Source: Nitrosopumilus sp. (GTDB taxonomy: Archaea; Thermoproteota; Nitrososphaeria; Nitrososphaerales; Nitrosopumilaceae). Taken from it: DNA of 64,000 nt. The notes beneath the pieces are model-generated. The model ran no database searches, had not been told where the DNA came from, and worked only from the letters and a program-made list of their open reading frames with translations. Location of the stretch: contig OZ244650.1 in NCBI GenBank assembly GCA_965218785.1, positions 832,001 to 896,000 of the forward strand, written 5' to 3'. A program made the position numbers and the translations under genes. Positions 32,895 to 42,954 of the stretch are shown piece by piece (the first letter of the stretch is position 1; each line of letters opens with the position of its first letter).

Positions 32895-33011
32895 TGAATC
32901 TAAAGAAGATCTATATTTCATGTTTCATTTCTGGCATTAGATAACTTTAGAGCCACGAAGTGGATGCTGTCTAATGATCGAGATCTGAAATCACGATCTT
33001 CTCCTGATTGA
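32895..33011. repeat. 28-bp motif copies D (+, 32895-32922) and E (-, 32984-33011), inverted pair
   Basis: tgaatctaaagaagatctatatttcatg and the reverse complement of tcaatcaggagaagatcgtgatttcaga. Confidence 0.85.
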
Positions 33012-33127
33012 AGCTTTGTATTTATTCTGCAATACATTTCGTTAAGATTCTCTTTATAATGAGGTAAACGATCTGGAAGAGGGTCTAAATTAAATACTGG
33101 CAAAATAAAGTCCCAATGCATGAGTAA

Positions 33128-33167
33128 TCATTCCTTATCATTCCTTATCATTCCTTATCATTCCTTA
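33128..33167 (+). repeat. (TCATTCCTTA)4 decamer tandem repeat
   Basis: Four exact copies upstream of the Type ISP gene. Confidence 0.95.
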
Positions 33168-33235
33168 GATGCACAATATTATAAAAAATCTAAAGATTTT
33201 ACAAATTTCGATGATGTAAGTGATGGTGCCTCCGT

Positions 33236-36200
33236 TTGAGTGCCGTCCGAGACGGCGCATTTGAGATGGTATTAAAGAAGATAAGAACAGGATCCAAGAC
33301 TCCTGTAGATCTTGGCATTAAATTTGAAAAGATCATGTTTGATTTTTTTAAAACCGACAGCGTATACAAAAAACGATTTCAAAAGGTCTGGATGTGGAGT
33401 GACTGGGCTAGAGATAACAAGATCAAAGAAGAACTTGGAACTTCTCATGACCTAGGGGTAGATATCGTAGCTCAAGAATATGGCGGTACACTCTGCGCCA
33501 TCCAGTGCAAGTGTTATGACGATGACAATACACTTGGCAAAGAGGATATCGATAGTTTTATTGCAGCAGGAAAATCATATCATCTCTCCAACTATGTGCT
33601 GGCTTGTACAGGACCAATCAACGATAACGCAATGGCTATGCTAAGGGGTGTAAGATGCAATATAATCACAAAGCAACACCTAAAAAACAGCAGTGTAGAC
33701 TGGTCAGAGTACCCAAAGATTAAATCAAAAAAACCCAAGAAACTACGGGATTATCAACAGTTTGCAATGACTGATGTGGTACAAGGTTTTGAGAAATCAT
33801 CAAGAGGCAAGATGATAATGGCATGTGGTACGGGCAAGACGTTTGTATCATTAAAAATTGCTGAAAAACTGGCAGGCAAGGGAGGTATAGTTTTGTATCT
33901 GGTACCCTCGATCTCTTTGATTCTACAAAGTATGAGGGAATGGTCTGATAACTCTGGCATTCCACACTATTACATGGCAGTATGCTCGGACAAGAGCATC
34001 AGAAATTCAGAGAATGGAACCTTGACTGAATTGGAGACTCCGGCATCAACTGATATAACAGAACTATCAGAGAAACTGGCAAAAATATCCAACAATACCA
34101 TGAACGTGATTTTTTCCACATATCACTCAATCGAGGTAGTCATGAGCGCCATGACTGACAAAAAGTTTGATCTCATACTGTGTGATGAGGCTCACAGAAC
34201 TACGGGAATTGGAGATACAAAAAAAGAATCATTTATGACCATGGTTCATCATGAGCACAACATAAAATCCAAACGACGACTCTACATGACGGCAACCCCA
34301 AGAATATACACAGATATCATCAAAGCCAAGGCACAGCAAAAGGAAAAAGTAATCATCTCAATGGATGACGAATCTCTTTATGGTTCGGTCTTTCATAATC
34401 TGAGCTTTTATGATGCTGTCCACAAGTATCATGCCCTGTCTGATTTCAAAGTACGCGTAGCCATCATGGATGGTGATACCATGAGTAGAATGATCCAGCA
34501 TTCTACTGCCAATGATGAAAATCTGGTTCCACTAAATGAAAAAACATTGATGGCATCCGTATGGCATGCTTTGGAGTATCCTGGGAGTGGGGATGAAAAA
34601 GAGTTGCTACAGCGAGTTATAGTGTTTTGTGACATGATAAACTCATCCAAACTGTTTGCAGGAGAGGAACTGGTATACAAAAAAGACATTCGTGAAGATC
34701 CTGAAAAACTGGGTAAATCCAGAGAGATTGACAGGTATAGATCATTTGGCAAGGTAGTCGAGCATATCCAAAAGATAAAAAATGATCCTGATTCTACCAA
34801 ATCTGAAGTAAGGCACGTGGATGGGGGCGACAATGCCCAGAGACGGCGGCGGGAACTTGACTGGCTTCGAGACAGCCAGGATGATCCGAGCACATGCCGG
34901 ATTCTATCAAACGCCCGATGTTTATCTGAAGGCATAGATGTTCCCTCTCTGGACGGCGTAGTATTTATGAATCCGCGAAAATCAGTTGTGGATGTGGTGC
35001 AGGCTGTTGGTCGAGTCATGCGCCGATCGCCTGGAAAAGAATACGGATATGTTATACTTCCTGTTGCCATACCTGCCGGCATCAAAGTCGAGGAAGCCCT
35101 CAGTGACAGTAAACATTTCAAGGTGGTGTGGCAGGTACTCAACGCACTTCGATCCCATGATCCAAATCTTGCCGAAGAGATTAATCGACTGATACTGGAG
35201 AGACCCAATCCCAATGACAATGAGATAACAAACAGGATAATAATCAGACATGCAAACAGCCACAATCTCTATTCCCTTGACATGCCTGCTGATAAAATGA
35301 TAGAGGGTATTACTACCAAGCTTATTGAAAAGGTCGGTGACATTAATTATTTTGACAGGTATGGTCAAAAACTCGGGGATGCATCACATACAATCGAGGC
35401 AAGAATCAAAAATAAAATAGATTCATCTGATTCAATAAAAAACGAGATCGGACAGTTCCACGATTCCCTCAAGAATATGATAAATGACTCCATTACAATT
35501 GACTCTACAACACAGGTCATAGCACAGCATATCGTACTGTCAAGAGTTTTTGATGCGTTGTTTCAAGGCGAGTTTACATCACATAATCCAATATCCATCG
35601 AGTTTGATAAGATTGCAAAGAAACTGGGGTTAAAAGAAGAGCTTGAGGATCTAGAGGGATTCTATGATGACGTAAAAACAGAGTTAAAGGAGATAAAGAG
35701 CAGAGAGGCAAGACAGAATTTTATTAAAAAGATTTATGGAAACTTTTTTGAGAGTGCCAACAAAAAGGAAACAGAACAACACGGTGTGGTGTATACTCCT
35801 GTGGAACTGATTGATTTTATCATTAACAGTGTACAGTATCTCTTAAAGAAACACTTCAAGACGGAATTCAACCAGAGAGCGGTAAAGGTACTAGAACCGT
35901 TTGCTGGGACGGGCACATTTATCACCCGACTCTTGGAATCTGGTCTGATCACCGACAACCTGTATGAAAAATACAAAAATGATTTGTATGCAAATGAGCT
36001 TATTTTGCTGGCATATTACATTGCAACAGTAAACATAGAGACTACATATTCGAGTCTCCGAAAAGGTGGAAGATACGTTCCGTTTGATGGGATTAGTTAT
36101 ACAGATACACTACGGATAAATCCACAGTACCGGGATGATGAACGTCATAGACATGAAAAGACTACACTTGATGAGATATTCGAGATAGCTCATAAGAGGA

Positions 36201-37969
36201 TACGGCATCAGAGAGGAATCCATGTTCATGTACTTATGGGAAACCCACCGTATTCGGCAAAACAAAGCGACTATAATGATCAAAATCCGAATGTTTCATA
36301 TCCTGAATTAGATAAACGAATAGAAAATACCTATGTAAAAAAATCAAATGCAACCCACAAAGGTTCACTTTATGATTCCTATATACGCGCCATTCGTTGG
36401 GCATCTGACAGAATTGGCAAGTCGGGAATAATCGCGTTTGTCACAAACGCTAGTTTTATACGATCAGAGACAGCAGCAGGAATACGTGCCTGCCTTGCAG
36501 AGGAATTCAATGAGGTATGGTGTTTTGATTTGAGAGGAAATCAAAGAACTCAAGGTGAAGTTTCAAAGAAAGAAGGGGGCAAGATATTTGGTTCTGGTTC
36601 ACGTGCCCCCGTAGCAATAACAATCCTAATCAAAAACCCAAAAAAGAATGATTGCACCATACATTACAAGAATATTGGTAATTATCACAACAGAGAGAAA
36701 AAGTTGGAGATAATAAAAAATACAAAATCTGTACAAGGAATACGAGATTGGCAAGCAATAACCCCTGATAGACACAATGATTGGCTTGACCAGCGCGGTG
36801 ACGAGTTTTCAAAGTATATGTCTATTGGAAACAAGAATGTCAAGACAGGTAAAAGTGGAAGTGCTATATTTAGAATGTATTCACGTGGAATAGCAACAGA
36901 TCGTGATGTGTGGGCATATAATTCATCTGAAAAAGAATTATCAAATAACATGAAGTGCCATATTAATTATTGTAATAATCAAAATCCAGATAACCCCGTC
37001 ATCAATCCAAAACAAGGTAAATGGAGTAGAGGATTACGTAGTAAAATTAAAACAATTAAACCAAAATTTGAACAAAATAAAATTAGAATTGCTTTATACA
37101 GACCATTTTTCAAACAATATCTCTATTATGATTCTACAAGAATTTTTAACGAAGAAGTTTCTCAAATACCTAAATTCTTCCCAGAAAATTATTCAAAAAA
37201 CCTGATCATCATATTACCATACAAATCTACTGTATATTTTTCTACATTTGTAACTGATATTACACCTGATCTTAATATAATTACTGCCAATCAATGTTTC
37301 CCGCTATACACATACGAAAACAAAAAAGACAAGAAAATCAATATTATTGATTCCATACTACAACAATACCAGACACATTATAACGACAAAAAAATAACCA
37401 AAAAAGACATCTTCTACTATACATACGGCATCCTGCATCATCCAGCATACAAAAAGAAATTTGCAAACAATCTCATTAGAGAACTGCCGAACATACCAAT
37501 GGCTCCAGATTTTTGGAAGTTTTGCAATGCAGGAGAAAAACTAGTTGACTTGCATCTGAATTTTGATTCATGTAATAAATACAGTCTTGGTAAACCAAAA
37601 CATAAATTCAATAAATTCACAAAGATCTCATTTGGAACAAAAAAGCTCAAAAAAGATGGCAGAGACAAGACAGTATCGGATAAAACAAGACTCCGCATTG
37701 ATGGTGTCGAGATATTTGACAGTATACCGGAGATAAAATATTCAGTAAACGGAAGGACCCCTTTGGAGTGGATAATAGATAGGCACCGTATTACGACGGA
37801 CAAAGACAGTGGAATTACAAATGATTCCTGTTCTGGAGTTGACATTATATCAGTAATAAAGAGAGCCGTACATGTGGGAGTAGAATCTGATAAAATAATA
37901 TCACAACTGCCTAAAGAATTTGAACCAAAGAACTGGACTCCTGCAAAGACAGGTCTTGACAAATTCTAA
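33236..37969 (+). CDS. Type ISP restriction-modification enzyme (Mrr-like nuclease + SF2 helicase + N6-MTase + TRD; LlaBIII/LlaGI-like)
   Basis: DLGVDIVA..IQCK; MACGTGKT; DEAHR; LEPFAGTG; GNPPY; DLRGNQR; YRPF; 1577 aa. Confidence 0.92.
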   Translation: MSAVRDGAFEMVLKKIRTGSKTPVDLGIKFEKIMFDFFKTDSVYKKRFQKVWMWSDWARDNKIKEELGTSHDLGVDIVAQEYGGTLCAIQCKCYDDDNTLGKEDIDSFIAAGKSYHLSNYVLACTGPINDNAMAMLRGVRCNIITKQHLKNSSVDWSEYPKIKSKKPKKLRDYQQFAMTDVVQGFEKSSRGKMIMACGTGKTFVSLKIAEKLAGKGGIVLYLVPSISLILQSMREWSDNSGIPHYYMAVCSDKSIRNSENGTLTELETPASTDITELSEKLAKISNNTMNVIFSTYHSIEVVMSAMTDKKFDLILCDEAHRTTGIGDTKKESFMTMVHHEHNIKSKRRLYMTATPRIYTDIIKAKAQQKEKVIISMDDESLYGSVFHNLSFYDAVHKYHALSDFKVRVAIMDGDTMSRMIQHSTANDENLVPLNEKTLMASVWHALEYPGSGDEKELLQRVIVFCDMINSSKLFAGEELVYKKDIREDPEKLGKSREIDRYRSFGKVVEHIQKIKNDPDSTKSEVRHVDGGDNAQRRRRELDWLRDSQDDPSTCRILSNARCLSEGIDVPSLDGVVFMNPRKSVVDVVQAVGRVMRRSPGKEYGYVILPVAIPAGIKVEEALSDSKHFKVVWQVLNALRSHDPNLAEEINRLILERPNPNDNEITNRIIIRHANSHNLYSLDMPADKMIEGITTKLIEKVGDINYFDRYGQKLGDASHTIEARIKNKIDSSDSIKNEIGQFHDSLKNMINDSITIDSTTQVIAQHIVLSRVFDALFQGEFTSHNPISIEFDKIAKKLGLKEELEDLEGFYDDVKTELKEIKSREARQNFIKKIYGNFFESANKKETEQHGVVYTPVELIDFIINSVQYLLKKHFKTEFNQRAVKVLEPFAGTGTFITRLLESGLITDNLYEKYKNDLYANELILLAYYIATVNIETTYSSLRKGGRYVPFDGISYTDTLRINPQYRDDERHRHEKTTLDEIFEIAHKRIRHQRGIHVHVLMGNPPYSAKQSDYNDQNPNVSYPELDKRIENTYVKKSNATHKGSLYDSYIRAIRWASDRIGKSGIIAFVTNASFIRSETAAGIRACLAEEFNEVWCFDLRGNQRTQGEVSKKEGGKIFGSGSRAPVAITILIKNPKKNDCTIHYKNIGNYHNREKKLEIIKNTKSVQGIRDWQAITPDRHNDWLDQRGDEFSKYMSIGNKNVKTGKSGSAIFRMYSRGIATDRDVWAYNSSEKELSNNMKCHINYCNNQNPDNPVINPKQGKWSRGLRSKIKTIKPKFEQNKIRIALYRPFFKQYLYYDSTRIFNEEVSQIPKFFPENYSKNLIIILPYKSTVYFSTFVTDITPDLNIITANQCFPLYTYENKKDKKINIIDSILQQYQTHYNDKKITKKDIFYYTYGILHHPAYKKKFANNLIRELPNIPMAPDFWKFCNAGEKLVDLHLNFDSCNKYSLGKPKHKFNKFTKISFGTKKLKKDGRDKTVSDKTRLRIDGVEIFDSIPEIKYSVNGRTPLEWIIDRHRITTDKDSGITNDSCSGVDIISVIKRAVHVGVESDKIISQLPKEFEPKNWTPAKTGLDKF

Positions 37970-38308
37970 TGTAAAGAAATATCAATCAAAGATATGACAT
38001 ACGAATTAAACTAAATATTACAAAGAAATTTCTAAATGTTCCATGCAAAGCTCTCCAATGTTTCTGAATGAAAGACAATAGTATGTGGAATCAAAGATAT
38101 TGTAAGGAGATCCTGATTTTTCAAACATCTATCAATAGCAACGGCACTTAATTTGATATATTATTGAAAAGTCATGTTGATTTAATCATGTGAATAAAAC
38201 CTCTTGATTCATCTCTGGGTTCTGTAAGAAATATTGCTAAAAGGAAGATTGGAATATGACGGATGAGGTAAGCAGGATCCTATGACTGCGTCATAGCCCA
38301 TAGATCGT

Positions 38309-38336
38309 CCAATTTGGAGAAGATCGTTATTTGGAA
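38309..38336 (+). repeat. 28-bp motif copy F
   Basis: ccaatttggagaagatcgttatttggaa. Confidence 0.75.
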
Positions 38337-38424
38337 TAAAATTTTGCAAAACACCCTAACTTTACAGCGCAGTCAAAATATCCACAACTTACCAGAGCGA
38401 TAAAAGAGAAAGTTTAACTGTATT

Positions 38425-38928
38425 ATGCCTGTATACGATCTAGGTGATGTATGGTTGCTATCACAGTTCATCAAATATCTGGAGGAAAACAAGCTCGTTG
38501 AATTTGAAATACTGGGAGACACCGAATCCTGTTTTCAAAACAGATTCAAGATTCAAAAGTATGTCTTTCTGGCCAAGCGTTTTGGACTGGAATTGCCTTT
38601 TGAACATGATATATATCTGTACGGACCATACTCCCAATCACTGATATCTGAATGCTATGCGCTGGCAAACAACCGCAAAGAATTGTACGATGCAGTAGAT
38701 GCCGTACTTCCAGAATCCTTTCAAAGTCAGAACTTTTTAAATCTGATACAAGACAAAAATATGGATTGGCTGGAAATAGCTACAACACTAATGAATAAAA
38801 AACACATTACAAAGAGAGATGACCTTGTGGAAAATGTAGAAAATACCAAAAACGGGTTTACACGGGAGTTTATCTCCGGTGTGTTAGATGATTTGAGTAA
38901 TACCAATCTTGTTACACTCGTTCAATGA
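38425..38928 (+). CDS. YwgA/Panacea(SocA)-like winged-helix antitoxin-type protein
   Basis: RFKIQKYVFL..F....YLYGPYS..L and WLEIATTL motifs. Confidence 0.6.
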   Translation: MPVYDLGDVWLLSQFIKYLEENKLVEFEILGDTESCFQNRFKIQKYVFLAKRFGLELPFEHDIYLYGPYSQSLISECYALANNRKELYDAVDAVLPESFQSQNFLNLIQDKNMDWLEIATTLMNKKHITKRDDLVENVENTKNGFTREFISGVLDDLSNTNLVTLVQ

Positions 38929-39478
38929 TTTTCAATTTCTCCTTTCTTAATCCTGCACCACTCAATTTCTTTTCATACTTGATGATTTTTGGATTATCCA
39001 GTAATTTATTATCTGGGGTGAGAAAGAATTTTGAACGGGGATCGATAAGCATGTGAGACAAAATCATAATATAGGTCACATCCAAATAGGTGTCTTTCTG
39101 CCGCAATTTTGTCATTATGGTAGGAGCATTATTGCCTAGTGGAGTTAGGCAAGTATTTGCGTCAATGCCATATTTCTGAATCATATTGCCAAATTTTTCC
39201 AGGCATTCATACAATTTTACATCATCATATTTTTGCAGTATCTTGGTCATTACTTCCCCTAGAATCATCTGAGGTATGATAATCTCAAAACTGCCTCTAC
39301 TGATTTCGGATAACAAATGTTCTACATCTTGTTTTGCTGGACCATTGACTATTATTTCTTTTATATGAGTTTGTTTCTGTAATTTTATGTGTGTGTTACA
39401 TCGTGATATTACCAGTCTTAGTCCCATAGTGTTCAAGATAAAAATTATCACAGATAGAAAATACCCTGACTGGTACAT
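38912..39478 (-). CDS. PIN-domain (VapC-like) protein, probably 5'-damaged
   Basis: IIIPQMILGEV, LDVTYIMIL, FFLTPDNKLL; first catalytic Asp not evident; 5' end overlaps the opposite-strand ORF. Confidence 0.5.
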   Translation of the reverse strand: MYQSGYFLSVIIFILNTMGLRLVISRCNTHIKLQKQTHIKEIIVNGPAKQDVEHLLSEISRGSFEIIIPQMILGEVMTKILQKYDDVKLYECLEKFGNMIQKYGIDANTCLTPLGNNAPTIMTKLRQKDTYLDVTYIMILSHMLIDPRSKFFLTPDNKLLDNPKIIKYEKKLSGAGLRKEKLKIIERV

Positions 39479-39662
39479 TGGCGTGACAGATCATCTTGAA
39501 GAGCGAAGAGCAAGACATGGTGATCCTGTAATCTGGCACGTATGGGAACCTTCCAACGAAGAAACATCTCGTGAAATAGAAAAGATTTTTCTCGATCTTG
39601 GCATGGATGGTGGCCCTGGTGGCTCCGGCAGTGCCAAATATGTCTACATCTACAAAAAATAA
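39387..39662 (+). CDS. Small GIY-YIG-like protein
   Basis: WYIGVTD..EERRARH..W..SREIEK.FL..GMDGGPGG..YVYIYKK; start uncertain. Confidence 0.55.
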   Translation: MCVLHRDITSLSPIVFKIKIITDRKYPDWYIGVTDHLEERRARHGDPVIWHVWEPSNEETSREIEKIFLDLGMDGGPGGSGSAKYVYIYKK

Positions 39663-39763
39663 GGATTAAACCACACTCTTTTTTTATTATCGAAATGACT
39701 CGAACCCCGTATAATCACTGATTTTATAATCCTGAATACTAACTTTTTTACCTATTTTCTCCC

Positions 39764-40020
39764 ATGATACACTGAATAAAACCAAGATAGTCATAGTATT
39801 GTGCGTAAAATCCGTCATTCTTGTGATATCTGGTACATTGGCGTGACCGATAACCGAGTCAGATTATATCATTCATGATACTCCTGATATCTTGCATGTG
39901 TGGCATACGGATACTAGGGATGATTTCTACTATGTTTATACACGTTTTATCAACCAAGGTATGAGTTATGCTAGTCAGAAAAGTGGATGTGGCAAATACG
40001 TCTATATTTTTAAGAAATGA
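39764..40020 (+). pseudogene. Frameshifted tandem paralogue of the GIY-YIG-like gene
   Basis: Shares ctggtacattggcgtgac with 39470-39487; reads WYIGVTDN / LHVWHTD..FINQGM..GKYVYIFKK across a frameshift. Confidence 0.65.
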
Positions 40021-40081
40021 GTGTTTGGTTTGTTATTGTCGTTTTTATTACCTCGTTGATTTAATTTGATTAGTGGAAATT

Positions 40082-40398
40082 TAGTTTGTCTTTATGGTGT
40101 TGACTCGTAGGTTTTTACTCATTATACCCCTGTAATAGTTGTATAATCCGGTCAGTCTTTCAGAGGTGATATTTGCCTTGTATGTTTTGTTTTGAGACCC
40201 TGTTTTCTTGAATTAGGAATGTTATGCATTTTTGGACTTTGTATTTTTCTAGTTTTATGAACTTTGAGATATCACATATTTTCTGATCTAGTTTGTAATT
40301 TGAGAAAAACCAGTCCAGGATTTTGTACATTCCTTCTGTTGATAATAACCTCTCTAATGGAGTGTGTATTTTGATATGGTTTCAATTTGGGTGGTCAT
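40082..40398 (-). pseudogene. Possible winged-helix regulator remnant
   Basis: One frame reads TPLERLLSTEGMYKILDWFFSNYKLDQKICDISK..VQKCITFLIQE; start and end fall in other frames. Confidence 0.35.
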
Positions 40399-40704
40399 GA
40401 TGATTCGATTTTGATGTTATTTAACATAGATGTATCTGTCAAGCTTGCAGATGAGTTGAAATCTAAAATACCTTCATGGAAATTATCGTATATGGTATAG
40501 TCGACTTTGTGTTAAAGTATGTTGGGTGTAATTGCTAAAGATTTGATAGAAAAAAAGAGTTATGATGCCCTGATTTCAAAGAGTTTGGTAAACCTGTCTA
40601 AGGATATTTGATTCAAATATACAAAAACGGTTACCCGCTAGTCAAAATATCAAATATAATCATATAACCCATTATCTATAACGAGATACTTTGGAGAACA
40701 TACT

Positions 40705-41505
40705 ATGAGTAACAAAGAAAGTGATACAAATGAAGAAAATATGGATGTGAATAATACTGACAGAGATGAAGATAGCTATGAATGGGGGCAGGAACCTTTC
40801 TCATCTGCACAAAATGAATATAATCCTCTAGTATTAATTGAAGAAAATAAAATGTTACTATCAAAGTTGAAAATGGATCACTCTGAAGTTAAATTGGCTT
40901 CAAAAAACATAATTAATCCATTATACAGTATATCCGTGGTATTTCTTACCCTGTTTGGAATTGGTACATATTTTTCAGGTCTGGACCATAATGCACTGGG
41001 TTTTGAAATTTCTTTTATTATCGGAATACTCTTAATTTTAGCCGTTGGTTCAATTCTTCTAGTCTTTTGTTCTTTACAAAAGACATCCAACCCCAAACAT
41101 GATGAATTGAGGAAAAATATAGTCTACTACCAGAAAAAAATGCTCGAAACTGGATCATACATTCGTAAATACTATGCCAGCCATCCCAGATCAAACTCAA
41201 AGGTATTTACAGAGTTCTCTGACTTTCAAAACACACTTTACTCTGCAAGTATTTTTTTGATATCTTTCAAGTCTGAGAAAGTGTATAATAAATTAATTTA
41301 TGATTTAGATGAGAAAAATCTGAAAGATGGCAAAAATAATACTCGGGCAGATTCGAGAAAAATTCAAAAAATACTTGATGCCTATATTGTATCTAATGAA
41401 GAATACTGTAAAATATTACGTAGGCAACTAGGTGGAATTGAGGTTCGTTTGCAGAAAGCGATAACTGAACTAGGCGGCGGTTCTGAGAAAAATACGGAGA
41501 AATAA
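40705..41505 (+). CDS. Hypothetical two-TM membrane protein (266 aa)
   Basis: Two hydrophobic helices at ~aa 70-125; acidic N-terminus; AT-rich. Confidence 0.65.
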   Translation: MSNKESDTNEENMDVNNTDRDEDSYEWGQEPFSSAQNEYNPLVLIEENKMLLSKLKMDHSEVKLASKNIINPLYSISVVFLTLFGIGTYFSGLDHNALGFEISFIIGILLILAVGSILLVFCSLQKTSNPKHDELRKNIVYYQKKMLETGSYIRKYYASHPRSNSKVFTEFSDFQNTLYSASIFLISFKSEKVYNKLIYDLDEKNLKDGKNNTRADSRKIQKILDAYIVSNEEYCKILRRQLGGIEVRLQKAITELGGGSEKNTEK

Positions 41506-42033
41506 TCTTGTTAATCTCTGATTCATTTCAAATCCATAAAATCGATGATATTTTAGGACTTTCAGATCTGCCTATACATCATGTTCGCTAGTATTATCTC
41601 TGATCTACTGCTTTTTCTTCATTTGATCCTCAAAATATTTTAGGTCTCTACAACTTTTCAGTACCAATGCAGGGAAATATTTAAAAAGATTTTACATAGA
41701 AATAATTAAAGAAGATATGACAAACCCCCATGATGAATTCCTGCACAAATCCAAAACTGAAGATAAACGGTTGAATCAATCAATTGAGCAAAAAATAGAA
41801 TCAATCCAGTCCGGAAACTCCAAAGGCAAAAGATACACCATCCCGGAATATCTCGCACATATTGACCGGGTTCTACAAGAGAGTTAAAGCATGGTTTTGT
41901 AACTCTGTATGGGACATAACCATGACTGTATATCTTGAGATCATGGTTTTCCACTCCCGTTTTTTACGGCAAAAAGACCAACCAACAACATAAACCCCAT
42001 GAATATTATACCGAAAAATCAACAGTACTTTTG

Positions 42034-42921
42034 ATGCTTTCTGCATGGATTCGCATAATCAGGGTAAGATTCCTTCTTGCATCAGTAATTGCAGTATCTG
42101 CCGGACTGGCAATTAACTGGCGGCAAAACGCCACCCTAGACCCACTCGATGCGGCTCTGACGTTTGCAGGCGTGCTGGCACTGCACGCAAGCGTGGACCT
42201 GCTAAATGATTTCTGGGATTTTAAACGAGGCATTGACACGCAAACCAAGAGGACCAAAATGAGCGGCGGTACAGGAGTCCTACCAGAGGGATTACTCTCA
42301 CCATCCTCCGTATACCGTGCAGGAATCGCATTTTTGATAATCGGCACGATAATCGGAAGTTATTTTGTCATTACAGACGGTATTACCATCGCAGTAATCC
42401 TGGGATTTGCAATCATCTCAATCTATTTTTATTCGACTAAAATCGTCGATTCCGGACTGGGAGAATTCTTTGTTGCACTAAAAGGATCCATGATAGTCAT
42501 CGGGGCATCCTTTATCCAGTCAGGTCAGATCACCACAGAATCAATCCTGGGAGGCATCATCATAGGCATTCTATCCTCACTGGTTCTTTTTATTACATCA
42601 TTTCCTGATCATGATGCTGATAAATCCAAAGGCAGGAAAACTCTAGTCATCACCGCAGGAAAAAAGAGATCCGCAAAACTTTTCTGGCTGTTCCCACTAC
42701 TCTCATATACCGTAATCCTTACCGGCGTATCCACAAACCTGTTCCCGGCACTATCATTAATCACACTTGTTACACTCCCCATAATTATAAAATCCGGGCT
42801 GGAACTGCACAAAAACTATGACTCTGTTGAGGATATCATTCCTGCCATGTCACTAACTTTGAAATTCAGCAGAATCACAGGTGCGTTGTTTGTAGTCAGT
42901 CTCTTGCTGGATATAACATAG
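42034..42921 (+). CDS. menA: 1,4-dihydroxy-2-naphthoate prenyltransferase (UbiA/MenA family)
   Basis: NDFWDFKRGID, FPDHDADKSKGRKTL, multiple TMs. Confidence 0.85.
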   Translation: MLSAWIRIIRVRFLLASVIAVSAGLAINWRQNATLDPLDAALTFAGVLALHASVDLLNDFWDFKRGIDTQTKRTKMSGGTGVLPEGLLSPSSVYRAGIAFLIIGTIIGSYFVITDGITIAVILGFAIISIYFYSTKIVDSGLGEFFVALKGSMIVIGASFIQSGQITTESILGGIIIGILSSLVLFITSFPDHDADKSKGRKTLVITAGKKRSAKLFWLFPLLSYTVILTGVSTNLFPALSLITLVTLPIIIKSGLELHKNYDSVEDIIPAMSLTLKFSRITGALFVVSLLLDIT

Positions 42922-42954
42922 TAGACATAAATTTAACGTCTCACAGGATACATC

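Noticed and set aside
34429-35265. 278-aa minus-strand ORF
   Set aside because: Antisense to the conserved helicase region of the Type ISP gene
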